A stretch of DNA of 55,298 nucleotides, filler included, from Sphacelaria rigidula (GCA_964200075.2; 6 parts of 6 records of this genome joined end to end with filler, not necessarily neighbours in it); one strand, 5' to 3'; counted from the first letter of the whole stretch, positions 24,466-36,958 are shown. Notes: generated by a model from the letters alone, not told the origin. Numbers and translations are program-made.

Positions 24466-25134
24466 TGTCAAAACCACACCTGATTTGTGGTGTTCTCATA
24501 GGTTCACGGGCTGGGGTGTTTAGAGTTCTCGCTTGTGGTGCGGCTTGCTTATCGCGGTCATAGGTGTCGAGCTTGTGTCCCAAAAAGATATCGGCTGGTT
24601 GCGGTTTTATTATACTGCTTAGAGTGTACACTGGTATTTGACCTGCTGCTGGTGTGGCTCTCGGAAGACTGACCCCGATGGGCAAGCAGCACACACTCAA
24701 ATCCCCCTTGAACCCCCATCCACATTCACACATCCATGGTGTTCATTCTCTTCGCAAATAGCAGAACTCCAGTCCCCCATATCCCTACGTTCAACTGCAA
24801 CTTCCTGTTGTTGGCTGAACCTACTTGCACCGCACTGCACATCTATCTGAGACACATCACCAAGTCAGCTCTCCTCAAAACTGAGCACAAATAATTAAAA
24901 GCTGGATGATACAACTATTTTCCAGTTTCCACTAGATCCAACTCATTCGTTATTCTACACGCAGACTGAAACACACGCAGGGCGGCTGCATGCGAGACCC
25001 TTCTTTATTCGTATCTCGTACACCTGCTATAGCTTATACGTTGGTGTATACTTTAACCCAATACTCTTATATTATATCAATCATTGCTCTGTGTAACGGT
25101 AGCTGAAACCCAGGCTCAGTTTGTGATCACGACA
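24466..25134 (-). repeat. 5' LTR (669 bp)
   Basis: TG..CA termini with TGTC/GACA inverted ends; outer 63 bp duplicated at 18743-18805. Confidence 0.8.
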
Positions 25135-25419
25135 GTACAGTTGTGGATTGGACTGTTTGGCGTGTGACGTTGTGGCGGGAGCCGCTGTTTGATGTGAAAA
25201 ATGACACATTTATTTATTATTAACCAGTTTCACATGAACATGGAGTAGCTCACATACAAAACCAAAACCGGTATCAGACGCGCAACAAAGTTCCAAAAAA
25301 GAAATTATGAACACAAACGGCATGACTCCACGAATCACGCCACATGAAGCACGCGTGGGCAGGTACTATCTGCTGAACATGGGGTGCATGATCCCGTTGG
25401 AGTACTATATGCGCCAAGT

Positions 25420-26257
25420 TAGCGCCCTTCCTAACGAAGGGGATAATCCCCTTTTTGAAAAACGACCGGTGATTGATCGCTGCGATACCACCTCCCTAAA
25501 AAAAAAACATTCCCTCAACGTGCGCAGAAATCCCCTCGGGAGAGGGGATTTCAGGAAGTGCAAAAACGTTTCCTGACATACCCTTTTCGAAAGGGGATTC
25601 CCGGACACCTTGAAGGAGAACATACGTGTCTGGTTGACAGGGACACATGCAAAGGCTCACCACACAGCCCAACACAATCACAGCTGAACCTGGGGAACCT
25701 GGTGGCCCCGCAAACCAAAAATACACAGCTCGAGCCGTAGCTGCTCATCAGCTGTGCACGCTGTGCGTGACCTTGCTCAAATCCGTTCAGAATTCATAGA
25801 GAAATGATTTGTGTGAGACGCGCGCGCAGCACACCCTTACAAAACGATCAGCAACGACACGTTTTTGGTTGTTTTTGACACGCATGCGGCCGCCATTCGT
25901 CCAATACAGAACGGATTTCCGTCCAACAAAGACTGCCGTGTGTAGATTAGCAAGGGCTAGCAGTGAAACTAATGCGCATGAGTGATGGTTGTCTGTGCGT
26001 GTTTCTTCGGGGCTGGGCGTGTAGGTGATGTGTTGCCTTGTTATGCATCGTCTGCAGCATCACAGACCTTGGACCTGCTTGGACTAACGACCACTTCCAG
26101 ACCCGCCGCGTTTCTGGACCTGCGTGCTGCGCGCAGATCTGAGTTCCAATCTGTACAAGAGTGCTTGTCGATAGGACTCGGGACTGGTCGTTGTAGGGCC
26201 CCTGTCAAAAGGAGATTGTGAAAAAGGGGATAATCTCCTTCGTTAAGCAGGGCCCTA
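25420..26257. mobile_element. TIR element (~840 bp), non-autonomous
   Basis: TAGCGCCCTTCCTAACGAAGGGGATAATCCCCCTTTTT vs AAAAAGGGGATAATCTCCTTCGTTAAGCAGGGCCCTA; no clean TSD. Confidence 0.65.
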
Positions 26258-26624
26258 ATGCGTAAAACTTATTTTTAATGCCTTTTGCTGAAATCTCCAA
26301 AAACATATGTTTAAAAAAAACGCATGTGCTTATGCACGCGTAGCAAGCAAAAGCCTAGTGAACAGGTGTTATTTGGCGTGGTGGTCTATAAGATAGGAGT
26401 CAAGTGCCGCTTTGTGCCTTTCGACCGCATTTTTTCGATCGAAAACGATTGTTTTTCACCTCGTTGCTACTCGTTGCATTCTTCTCCGCGCGCCGCTAAA
26501 TTTAGTTTTGAGTTGAAGCCTTCAAGGGACATGAATGCGGTGGACCTATCAGATCGGCAAAAAACAAATCGACGCACTTTTTCGATCGAAAAAAAAGTGC
26601 CAAGACACGCCCTGATACGTTACA

Positions 26625-26988
26625 TTGTGTGTGTGCTGTCATTCCATTTATTCTGGACGCCGGTCTACACCTTGCGTTATATGTGGGCGCACCAGCCGGG
26701 GTCACACAGGAGGAAAGTCAACACAGGAGCTTTCCTTGTTTCATTTGTTTTTGGCACCCCACCTTCCTTCTGCGGTGCCTGCCTTTATTTTCCATCGCGA
26801 GGGGGGTTTAGCAGTCCCTTTCCCTTGTCGACCGTCAAGTCATTTTTTTTGTACCCATAACATACAGTCGTCGCTTCCACTGTTGGGCATGGTGGTGAAA
26901 AAATATCCCAGATCGCTCCGAGATTTGGACCCACGACCCACCCGTCAGAAGGTTTCGAGGTTACCAACTGAGCCACGAGGGCGACCGG
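26625..26988 (-). mobile_element. tRNA-derived SINE, full length
   Basis: Reverse complement of the 10452, 31949 and 32954 copies, with a CA-rich tail. Confidence 0.85.
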
Positions 26989-27601
26989 CCCTTTCAGTGG
27001 TCCTGCCATTTATGGCCATTCCGGTGAGCTGAAGAAAAGGCGAGGAAGAAACACCACATACACCTTCGAGCTGGGCCGGCCTAGACGCGGATTTGAGCTC
27101 TCAAAGCAATATCTCACCGACACAGATGAGTTGCGCCGTGATCTGCTTGTCGCATTAATCCTTTTGGGACTGAAGCTCACTAACAAGGTGTCTACCATGT
27201 GTTCGTAAAATAATAATAAACAAGTCTGGGAGCGACGTGCGTCCAATCAGGGCGAGGAGAAATTTATCGACCACATCAGAACGACCAGTGGGGGGGGCTG
27301 TCGTCGGCAGTGATGTCACTGCAAAGTTGGTGTATCCTGTCCCTGGCCCACAAGTAAGCCTTTGAAGCAAAAGAAACCCCAAGTTGTCGGGGTTCGGATC
27401 CCCGATTTTTTCATCATTCACTTGCATTTTATGTAGGCCCGACCTCCCATCCCCCGATTTGTTTGGGTCACCATCCTATAGTATACCCTAGTCGATAACA
27501 CTAACATGTAGTGCTCGAGGGAAATTCGGGAATAAATGTACCCTACTATATATGTGGTCATGTTCACAAGGCGACTGAATCTGGCAACGCCGTGGGACAA
27601 G

Positions 27602-27701
27602 NNNNNNNNNNNNNNNNNNNNNNNNNNNNNNNNNNNNNNNNNNNNTTAATTAATTAANNNNNNNNNNNNNNNNNNNNNNNNNNNNNNNNNNNNNNNNNNN
27701 N
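27602..27701. other. Artificial contig spacer
   Basis: 44 N + TTAATTAATTAA + 44 N. Confidence 0.97.
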
Positions 27702-27824
27702 TGGGGAGAGATGGGTTGATCCCTTAAGACCTCGCACTCATCCCGAGGAAGGGGAGGGGTTCAAAGTGTGAGGAAACAAAAAATAAATGGACATAATCCA
27801 AGACTCACCAAAATGTTGGACACA

Positions 27825-29088
27825 GAATTGAGGTCATACCCAAGTGATACTCTACGCCCAGGCATTGTAAGAGTGCTTACCTAAAATTTTGGGTAGAGTA
27901 TTTGGGGTCGTACTCAATCTACCCCAAAAGGAATGGGTAGAGTATTTGAGGCCGTACCCAATCTACCCAAAATTTGGAGAGGGTATTTGAGGTCATACCC
28001 AAGTGACACTCTATACCCAGGTACTGCCAAGAGTGCTCACCTATTATCTGGGTAAAGTATTTGAAGTCGTACCCAATCTACCCAAACCTTGGTAGAGTAA
28101 ATACCCGGATATTTTGCCCTGGTATTGAAAAGCACGTACCACACCCGACCTGCCATTGGCTTCTTCGATCGAAAACATGCGGAGTAAAGATACGGAGGGG
28201 CACTGGACTCCTGTCTTGCAGACCACGCTAGATACCACCCGTCCACAGGACCATGCAAACCTCACAGAACTCATTCCCAGCTACCACCGCAACCCTGCAG
28301 CATATAGTGCGAGTTGGGCACAGGGATGAATACACTGCAGTCGTTGGGTATGATGTGCGCATTTTGTGTCTGCGAAAACTTTGCCATCTTCAATGGTAGG
28401 GATCGGCGACGGCACTGCGTTGTAGAGTGGGCGACCGACTTGCGTACACTCATGGACAGTGCAGGCAGTACAAAGCCACACGCTGCTCAAGTCCTTTTCA
28501 CGTCGCACTGTAAGCAGAGAGTACAGATAGTCCTGCGCTGTCTGCGCTGCACGTTGCCTGCTTCTCTTCTACATCCTACTGTACGAAATACGCACGCACG
28601 CACTCAGGCACACTGTAGGCATGCAGCGCAGACAGTTCAATCCTGTACTGTAGACAAACGAACAAGTACCGCTTCACGAATTTCACTCTGTTCCCCATCG
28701 AAAGCTTGCAAATTCGTTTGCAACCAACTCGCGAAAAACGAACGAATTCGCTCAAATCAATTCCACCGCACTTTTTTCGCGGTCGAAAAATGATGTGCCA
28801 AGACACGGCCTTACCCAATATTTGGGTAGAGGGTTTAGAGATCGTACCCAGCTCACCCAAATTTTGGGTAGAGGGTTGTGGTCATACCCACATGATATTC
28901 TACACCCAGGTATTGCTGAGAGTTCTCACCCAAATTTGGGTAAAGCATTTGAAGTCGTACCCAAGTTACCCCAATAAAATGGGTAGTGTTTGAGACTGTA
29001 CTCAATCTACCCAAACCTTGGATAGAGTAAATACCCGGGTATTTTACCCGAGGATTCAAAAGTACATACCCTACCCGACCTGCCCTTG
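27825..29088. mobile_element. Two right-end blocks of a hAT-like MITE family with TACCCAA/GGGTAGAG subterminal repeats
   Basis: Blocks 27825-28158 and 28810-29088 both end in ACCCGACCTGCC(A/C)TTG, the same terminus as the MITE at 8602-8905. Confidence 0.65.
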
Positions 29089-29096
29089 GAGCATAC

Positions 29097-29330
29097 CAAG
29101 CGTGTGTTGGGTAGGTAGTATTCCCGGATATTTACTTCGCCGATTTTGTGTTGCGATGGTCCGAACTCCAAGATCTACCCGAATATCGGGTAGAGGTGGG
29201 CACGATCGTAATACTCTTACCCAATATCCGATTGTTGATTGCGATCTCAAGACTTTACCCGAGTTTTGGATTCTTAGATGGCGATTCTTCATACCCAAAT
29301 GTAGGAAATACCCAACCCAACACACTCTTG
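29097..29330. mobile_element. hAT-like MITE
   Basis: TIR CAAGCGTGTGTTGGGTAGGT / ACCCAACCCAACACACTCTTG; flanks GAGCATAC and AGACATAC. Confidence 0.7.
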
Positions 29331-29945
29331 AGACATACTCTGTATTTCGTGGTACTGGACCACTTGATCACGTGGTTGTCTGATGACCAAAGTATCTGTT
29401 TTCGATACATTTTCAGTGGTCCACCTATTTTAGGGGCCATCTGAGGGGATTGGTGCCGGAAGGGAAGCGACCTGTCAGCCCAATCCTATGATATACAGGC
29501 TACCATCTGCCGACCTCCACAGTCTTGCCAGCTGATTTCAGCGTTGTAACGTTGGCTACACACGCGAAGGGCCTACACGTGGGTGGTGGAAAGAAATGGC
29601 TGAACAGAAAATGAAACAGAGCGTCGTAATTATTACCCTGTCTGGTCTGCTGAGCCAACCTACCGTTAGACCACGAGCTGATATTATTCTGACCTGTCAC
29701 GGTGCTGCTGCGATGTGTTGTGGTCGCTGTATGTGCATACATACATCTGCAACCGCTCCAACACCTCACATCAACGACATCTGGAACGAAGAGGCATGCA
29801 TTGGGTTGAGCAGAACACAACGCTTCCACGTTCCTTGCAGCGTTTGTCTGGCGGACATAACCCTTCACAAAAGATTAGGGTGGGGCGATTGACGAACAGA
29901 ACCCCTCGAAAATCAGTATCTCTAGGAACCATTCACACGTCGGAC

Positions 29946-31660
29946 AGCTCATGAGCTAGCTCATCTGCAGACTGTAGCTCATTTGTAGTCAAACATGTAC
30001 ATGCGAGCTTTGTCCAAAAGCTCACCCAAGGTAAACGTGCGCTGATGAGCTACGGGTTGGTAGCTCACGCAGGGCGAACGTGAGCTGATGAGCTACGGGT
30101 TGGTGGCTAACCCAGGACAAACGTGCGTAGCTCACCTAGCTCTTGGTAGCTCACCCAGGGCAAACATGAGTAGCTCTTGTAGCTCTCACAGCTCACCCAG
30201 GGCGAATGTGAGCTGATGAGCTACGGGTTGGTAGCCAACCCAGGACAAACGTGCGTAGCTCATGTAGCTCTCATAGCACGCAAACGTGCGTAGCTCACCT
30301 AGCTCTTGTAGCTCACCCAAGGCACAACACGTGTAGCTCACGCAGCTTTTACAACTCACCCGGGAAAAAAATGAGCGGATAAGCCACGCCCGGTAGCTCA
30401 CCCCGAGAACACATGCTCGTAACCTACTCACGTCATGTGCCTAGCTCGTCGCTGGCAAACCCGGTGTCGCACATGATGTTACATTCTTATTCCAATGGGT
30501 AGCGTCACATATCATTAGGTTGTCGTGTTCTACCTCGCTCTTCGCGGTGGGGCGAAAATTAGTTAACACAAATCCTCGTTCGCATGTTCGGATGGTTCGA
30601 AACACTGTTAGTACTCGGTGCCTTCAGTCATCGATCAAATCATTTATTTTGACCCCTTGGCCGCGAGGGTACGCGTCCATCAGGTCATGCATACTTTGTT
30701 CAAGAGAAATTGAAGCCGATTCAACAGATGACCTATGCTCGCCGTCGAACGGTTAACCTGTTGACTGCGAGGGTTGGCGATCTCTTAAGTCAGCAAAATT
30801 TGTATTTATTTTTCGGGTGCGAGTGATGCCGAGTCAACAGATCGCCTACCCTCGCGGCCGAAGGGTTAAGCAGTCAAATATCGTGCGTGTGTTCACTTCT
30901 ACCTCCACATCGATCGCCTGTCGCGGAGGAAATCAGATCCACGGCATCATTTCCGACTGAAGCGCCGCTAGAGCTGCTGCCCCCGGTGGTCACCATGTAG
31001 GGCGGGTTGTGTGTGGGTGTGGTGGCTACAGTGCGGATGGCTTCTGATGCGGTCATGTTGACGTTACAAAAAGCAAATCCATCGCTGCACAAAACGGAAG
31101 ACAGGTGTGTACACATGTAACCGTTTTTACGTATCAACGTGCATGAGCATCGGAACAGCAACAACTCCAAGATCGGCGTAGCTTATGTGGCTCTCATAGC
31201 TCAACCAGGTAAACATGCGTAGCTCATCTAGCTATCATAGCTTACACAAGGCAAATCTGCGTAGCTCATGTAGCTCTCATACCTCACCCAGGACAAACAT
31301 GCGTAGCTCATGCAGCTCTCATAGCTCACCCAGGGCGATTGTGAGCTGATGAACTACGAGTTGGTAGGTCACCTAGGGCAAACATGCGTAGCTTATTCAG
31401 CTCTCTTAGCTCACCCATGGCGAATATGAGCTGATGAGCAACGGGGTGGGAGCTCACATAGGGCAAACATGGGTAGCCATTGCAGCTCCCATGGATCATC
31501 CACAGCGAATATGAGATGATGAGCTACGGGTTGGTAGCTCACCTTGAGCAAACATCCGTAGCTCAAGTTGCTCTCATAGCTCACCCAGGAAAAACATGCG
31601 TAACTCATGTAGCTCTCATGGTTCACTAGGAAGCTACGCGAAAAAAGAGCTAGCTCGAGT
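29946..31660. repeat. Degenerate GTAGCTCA/TGAGCT minisatellite in two blocks (29946-30450, 31180-31660)
   Basis: Dozens of AGCTCA motifs within longer units such as AAACATGCGTAGCTCA and TGAGCTGATGAGCTACGGGTTGGTAGCT. Confidence 0.85.
30653..30865. mobile_element. Two tandem piggyBac-like MITEs sharing one TTAA
   Basis: Units 30653-30752 and 30757-30865; TTAA at 30753-56 and 30866-69; CCC..CGCGAGGG-type TIRs. Confidence 0.7.
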
Positions 31661-31948
31661 ACGGGGGGCTGATCTGTCCGACGTGTGGAAGCATTACCAC
31701 CGACGCTGGTGAATGTGACTATCTCCTGGTGGAAAACATACCGTTTCCCACTTTCTACAGTAGTGGGACACCACATCGCCTCCGTTTGACGGTTGACAGA
31801 ATAATAACGCATTGGGTCGCGACACACAGGCTGTCGTGCATGCTTTACGGCTATCGCTGTGCACGCACACTGCGATTAATCTGAACATTAGATCGGTTCC
31901 GCGGTGGCCCAAAGATGGCTGCGATATTTTTCGTTCTCATATATACAG

Positions 31949-32312
31949 CCGGTCGCCCCGCTGGCTCAGTTGGTTACCTCGGAACCTTCTGACGGTTGGG
32001 TTGTGGGTTCGAATCTCGGTGCAGTCACACCATCTGGGATTTTTTCTCACACCATGCCCAGCAGTGAAGAGCGACTGTGTGGTACGTACAAAAACTTCGA
32101 CTTCACGGTCGACGAGGGAGAAGGATTGCTGGATCTGTCTCGCGGTAAAAACTTTGGCATGCACCGTAGAAGGAAAGTGGAATACTAAAACAAAAGAGAA
32201 GAAGAAAAAAAGCTCCTGTGTTGGCCTTCCTCCTGTATGGTCCTGGCTGATGCGCCCACATTTATCGGAAGGTGTAGACTGGCGTCCAAAGTAGATGGGA
32301 TAACAACACACA
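31949..32312 (+). mobile_element. tRNA-derived SINE, full length
   Basis: A and B boxes; candidate TSD CATAT(A/G)TACA on both sides. Confidence 0.85.
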
Positions 32313-32617
32313 TATGTACATATTCCGAATTATTTCCGATGCGGTGCTCATCGCCAACAATGATGACATATGTGTCGTACTGTCAACACTCGTCATCTGC
32401 TGTGAGCTATAATTGATGAAATCACCGTACCCCAGATCCCTCCCTTAACCCCGAATCCTTTGCAATCGAATCCCATGCCTATTCCTGACGAAACCGCAAG
32501 ATGTCCGTGACGCCTCGCCCTAACCCTATCCATCGCCCCCTCCCCCCTCCCCAAATAAAATAAAATAGGACCCCCTGTCAACTGTAGACCCTGTCCCGCT
32601 ACTTCCACGCGCTGCAG

Positions 32618-32818
32618 GGCACGAGTGTGTATTTCGTGGGCATGATGGGCACGGGGAAGTCTACCGTGGCGCGCGCATTGGCGGACGTGATGAGGACGTA
32701 TATATTCTTGGACACAGACGTCGTAATCGAGAAATTGCTGAACACCACCGTCGGAGACGTGTTCGCGAAGGACGGAGAAGAGGCTTTCCGAAGCGTCGAG
32801 AGCCAGGTTTTGGACCAG
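32618..32818 (+). CDS. Shikimate kinase, internal exon (P-loop)
   Basis: CTGCAG|GTSVYFVGMMGTGKSTVARALADVMRTYIFLDTDVVIE...GEEAFRSVESQVLDQ|GTACGT; contains GxxGxGKS, DxD and GExxFRxxE motifs; 67 codons. Confidence 0.95.
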
Positions 32819-32953
32819 GTACGTGCTACTCACTGGTCGAGACCTGTTCACTCTTTTCCACGAGGTCGTGATCATGAGCGTGAGGGTGTGTGGTGAGGCC
32901 TCCTCTGCTCCGTTGAGGACGTCGAGACCGAGGTTTTTTTGATCCAGTCACAT

Positions 32954-33317
32954 CCGGTCGCCCCCGTGGCTCAGTGGGTAGCCTCGAAAACCTTCTGACG
33001 GTTGGGTCGCAGGTCCGAACCTCGGTGGAGTCGCACGATCTGGGATTTTTTTTCTCACGCCATGTTCAACAGTGAAGAGCGACTAAAGTCGTGGGTACAC
33101 AAAATTTGACTTCATGGTCGACGAGGGAAAGGGACCGCTGAACGCCTCTCGCGATGAAAAATAAGGCAAGCGCCGCAGAACGAAGGTGGAGCACTAAAAC
33201 AAAAATCACAATTCCTGAGTTGGCCTTCCTCCTGTGTGACGCCGGCTGATGCGCCCCATATACAAGTGTTGTAGACTGGTGTCCAGAATAGATGGGATGA
33301 CAGCAACAAAACAACAG
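32954..33317 (+). mobile_element. tRNA-derived SINE in shikimate kinase intron
   Basis: Same family; candidate TSD CAGTCAC. Confidence 0.85.
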
Positions 33318-34291
33318 TCACCGTAGTTTATTATCCAAGATGAAGGTACGGTACAAGCGAACGCTACTTACTGTATGTGTCATGTGACAGAGTATGCCGA
33401 AACTCTCAGCGGCAAGCCCGAACATTTTGGATGTACGCTGTGTTTTTTTCTTTTTCGCGCTGGTGCTCGGACACAATTACTCTCATGCGTGTACGGTGAG
33501 GGTGCGACCTGGACTGTACGCTTGAATTAAAATCGATGGCATTGCACAATAACCGGTCGGACGGCGCCCTACACGGTCGAGGTACCATCGTTGCATTCCG
33601 GTTGGAAGGGCTTCCGATGGCGGAATTTCGGAATATATTTGTTTATATCGTGAACACACGGGGGTTGAGATTATAGGCCGACGAAGTCGATACTACGCCT
33701 TTGTCGTGTGCCATGGTTATTAGTGCATGGAACACGACCAGGCACGTTAGGCCGTAGCGCTAGCAAGTCGTCGTCTGGGGGCGCGCCGTTTTTGTATTAC
33801 CTCGGGTAGGGTGGGCGTGAAACTGGAGAATGGTCTCTGGTGACTTGTCCGCTTTGACGCTCACCACCCGATAGTCTCGCCACGAAATGAAGGGCTATGC
33901 CACTGTCTAGATCTCATGTCTTAGAAAAATATCTCCTGAGCCGTCGTGCCCACTCTGCGTGCATTTCCGCCTGTGCCATACAGTGGATGATTCGCTCTAC
34001 ACCATCGAACATTGGAATCCCTCCCTTTCACAGGATGAGAGCTAGGTATGAGAATGGTGAAGTTAACCAGGGTTTAAATCACGATCTCTTGGAGGATGAG
34101 ATTGATGAAGTCATGCAATCTCTCACCCCCCCCCGGCCCGCCCTTCAAGTCGCGGGACTGTTGATGACCAAGTACTCAGGACAATTCGCGTGGGCCCTCG
34201 AACAGACAAGTTCCCCCCCCCCCTCCGGAAAACGTAGTCTGGCCGCGATTTTCAAGTGATCACATGGCGGGCTGGTGTCTTTTGTGTGCAG

Positions 34292-34399
34292 GTTCAGTCG
34301 TACGTGAAGATGTGCATAGCCACCGGCGGGGGCATTGTCACCCAACAGGATAACTGGGGAAGGATGCACTCTGGTATCGTTGTATGGCTAGACATGCAG
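34292..34399 (+). CDS. Shikimate kinase exon
   Basis: TGCAG|VQSYVKMCIATGGGIVTQQDNWGRMHSGIVVWLDMQ|GTGAG; ATGGG motif; phase 0. Confidence 0.95.
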
Positions 34400-35181
34400 G
34401 TGAGCTCATGGCCCGGATCAGTACACTTTGATGAAGTCATTTTAAGACGGATAATCATCTGTCCGGCGTGTGGATGAAAGGAAGGTTGATGAACGTCGAC
34501 GGACTGCGGCAATGGTGATCCAATGCTTTACATCACCAGTTGCAAGGTTAGAAGGATCTGGGGAGATATGGATTAATCCCTGGAGAGAGAGAGAGGACGA
34601 ACTCGTCGCGCGGAAAAGCAGGGGGTCGAAGTTGCCACAAGAAAAAATAGATGTCATGCGCCAGGTGCGCAGGAAGAGTCGGATTCACCGTGTGTGAGAG
34701 ATGCTCGTGGAAGCGTACACCTGGCGTCGATGTTGCAGTGCCTTTTTCTCTTCACGGGAGTATCTTTTTATTCTATCAATTCACCTACCCTTGACCGTTG
34801 CCTTTTCCTGTTGTATTGAAAAGCGCGCTTTTTTGTTTTTGTTTTAGTCGCGCTTCTTCTCTATTTCCTCGTCTTTTTGTGGTGAATTGCGGCGGGTGGC
34901 TCGACTGCTCTATATTCGCAAAGCTGGATTGGCACGTGCTCGTCTCCGTCCGGATTTTGGGAAACAAAAGTAGTACAGTTTCATCATCTCAAGACGATGA
35001 TCAAACGCGTTCTTTTTTATTTTTTTTTCTCTTCACTAAATATCGCCTTCCCCCGCGTTTTACTGTTGTCGCCTGTTTTCATTTTCCCGCCGCTCCTTTG
35101 ATGGCTCCTCTCCGTGCATGACGCCATGGTGGCATTCTGCCCGCCGTAATATATGGTCGGTTTTATAATGAGCGAACGTAG

Positions 35182-35310
35182 CCCGAGGACATCTTGGCAC
35201 GCATGATGAAAGATCCGGAGCAGGTACAGAAGAGACCGCTCCTGGCGGGATCGGATCCTCTCGCGAAGCTCGACGAAATCCTGGCAAACAGGAGGTCGCA
35301 ATACGAACAG
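35182..35310 (+). CDS. Shikimate kinase exon (LID region)
   Basis: TAG|PEDILARMMKDPEQVQKRPLLAGSDPLAKLDEILANRRSQYEQ with RPLL and RxxxY motifs. The 3' end is probably a GC donor (CAG|GCGAGA); otherwise it reads to the stop at 35385. Confidence 0.9.
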
Positions 35311-36585
35311 GCGAGATACTGTACCGTTGTGGTTCTTGCGGCGAGGGAGGTAGAGGCATCAGCAGATTCGGGGCGCAAGAAGTGACTTCGGCAAACTTGA
35401 GACGGAATGTGAAGAATCAGTGGATGGCTATCGTGATGGGGATTTTGTCCAGTAATTACCTCCTACTGTTGCACAGCACATGCCTCATCTTGGCTTGCGT
35501 TAAAGATCGGTCCTGAGGTGTCTCGTCTACTTGCCAGTCACTGCTAGCTAAGTGCCTGCCCATCGTGAGGTTTGATGGAACGTCGGGTCAGGTCGCGTGT
35601 TGCACACTTCGCGCGACGATCTTATCGTGCGATCTTACCCCTGTCCCGTAGTTGGCTATGCTTGCTTTTATTCCGCCAGGATATTTCTGCGTTGTGCGTG
35701 GGAGACGGATGGCTGGTGTATCTGCACTCCTAGTTATGGCTACTTTCTCTTTCGTCACTTGCGCTATCACGTCAGATCTACAGTACTAGGTGATGTTTAC
35801 CATCTCAACGGAAAGAGCTCTGACTAGAATCACCCCATTTCGGCGCGCTGGTCGTTTTTCATCTGCGAGCTATTTCAGAGCACTTTCGCGAAGCTGAGTA
35901 GTTCCGGTGGAGGGTACTGGCGTGCGATTTATCTGCTCCGTGCCATAACTCGGAAGGGTCGGACGAATAGAGATTCATCTGGAAATTACTTGCGTCTAGT
36001 GTAATTGATTTGTACCGTACGAATCACTCAATCCTTGGGCTTTGATTTCAGCGTTGCACCTCAGGTAGGCTCAGCCCGGGCACGTGGAAAAATTGCGCAA
36101 ACTTCGCATGATGGATACTTTTTTTTGGATCCGCGGTCAACTTTTTCATTATTCTTTATTCTCGTACGCATTCGATGAATCTGACCTATGAAATGGTGGA
36201 TTTGATGATTCGAACCAGCGACGATTTTGTCCGACCGTTGATGGCTTCACACGTGTCGATAAAATTCTACGTCGCTCTGACACAATGTCCCAAGGAACAG
36301 TCTTTCCACCGCGTATTTTCGTTGCGGACCGTCACCGCCGAAGTGCGAGGTAGGCCGACCAAGAAAACCGCGTTGTGTGAGATGGCTATACCTTCTGAAT
36401 GGCACTGCGTCAGGGAAAGCTGGGCATGTTGTTTTCATCAACTCGCGCAGCCATCCACTCAGCTTAGGAATCCGCCCAGTTGTTGTCGTGAAACTCGCGT
36501 CTCCCTTATGGTGCTATTCTCTTGCGTCAGGTTTTTGTGTTCAGTCCTTTGAAAACTTTTGAAAGCAATTTGAATGTTTGCTTAA

Positions 36586-36683
36586 CCCTTAGACCGCGAG
36601 GTTAGTCTTCTGTTGAATCGGCATCAATTTCAAGTGAAAAAAAGTATGCATGATCCAGAAAGACTAATCTCGCGGTCTAACGG
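36586..36683. mobile_element. 98-bp piggyBac-like MITE
   Basis: TTAA|CCCTTAGACCGCGAGGTTAGTCTT...AAGACTAATCTCGCGGTCTAACGG|TTAA. Confidence 0.85.
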
Positions 36684-36834
36684 TTAAACACATGACATGA
36701 CTGACCTCGGACAGACGGACGTTACACGTCTACAACGCAACAGCTATAACCCAACGCGACGAAACACGCCACACGTGCAGCTCACCTGGTTTCACGTGGG
36801 GGCATTTTTGTGGACAGAACACGCGACATGCGCA

Positions 36835-36934
36835 NNNNNNNNNNNNNNNNNNNNNNNNNNNNNNNNNNNNNNNNNNNNTTAATTAATTAANNNNNNNNNN
36901 NNNNNNNNNNNNNNNNNNNNNNNNNNNNNNNNNN
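36835..36934. other. Artificial contig spacer
   Basis: 44 N + TTAATTAATTAA + 44 N. Confidence 0.97.
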
Positions 36935-36958
36935 CCCCCCCCCTGACAATTCTTACAG

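Larger units (their letters stand above)
18743..25134 (-). mobile_element. Internally deleted Ty3/Gypsy LTR retrotransposon with chromodomain
   Basis: 5' LTR 25134-24466 (TGTCG...TGACA), PBS TGGCGCCGAC, then degenerate gag, protease, pre-RT, integrase end and chromodomain in Gypsy order. Purine-rich AGGACGGG lies just before the 3' LTR remnant 18805-18743 (4 transitions in 63 bp vs the 5' LTR). Confidence 0.9.
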
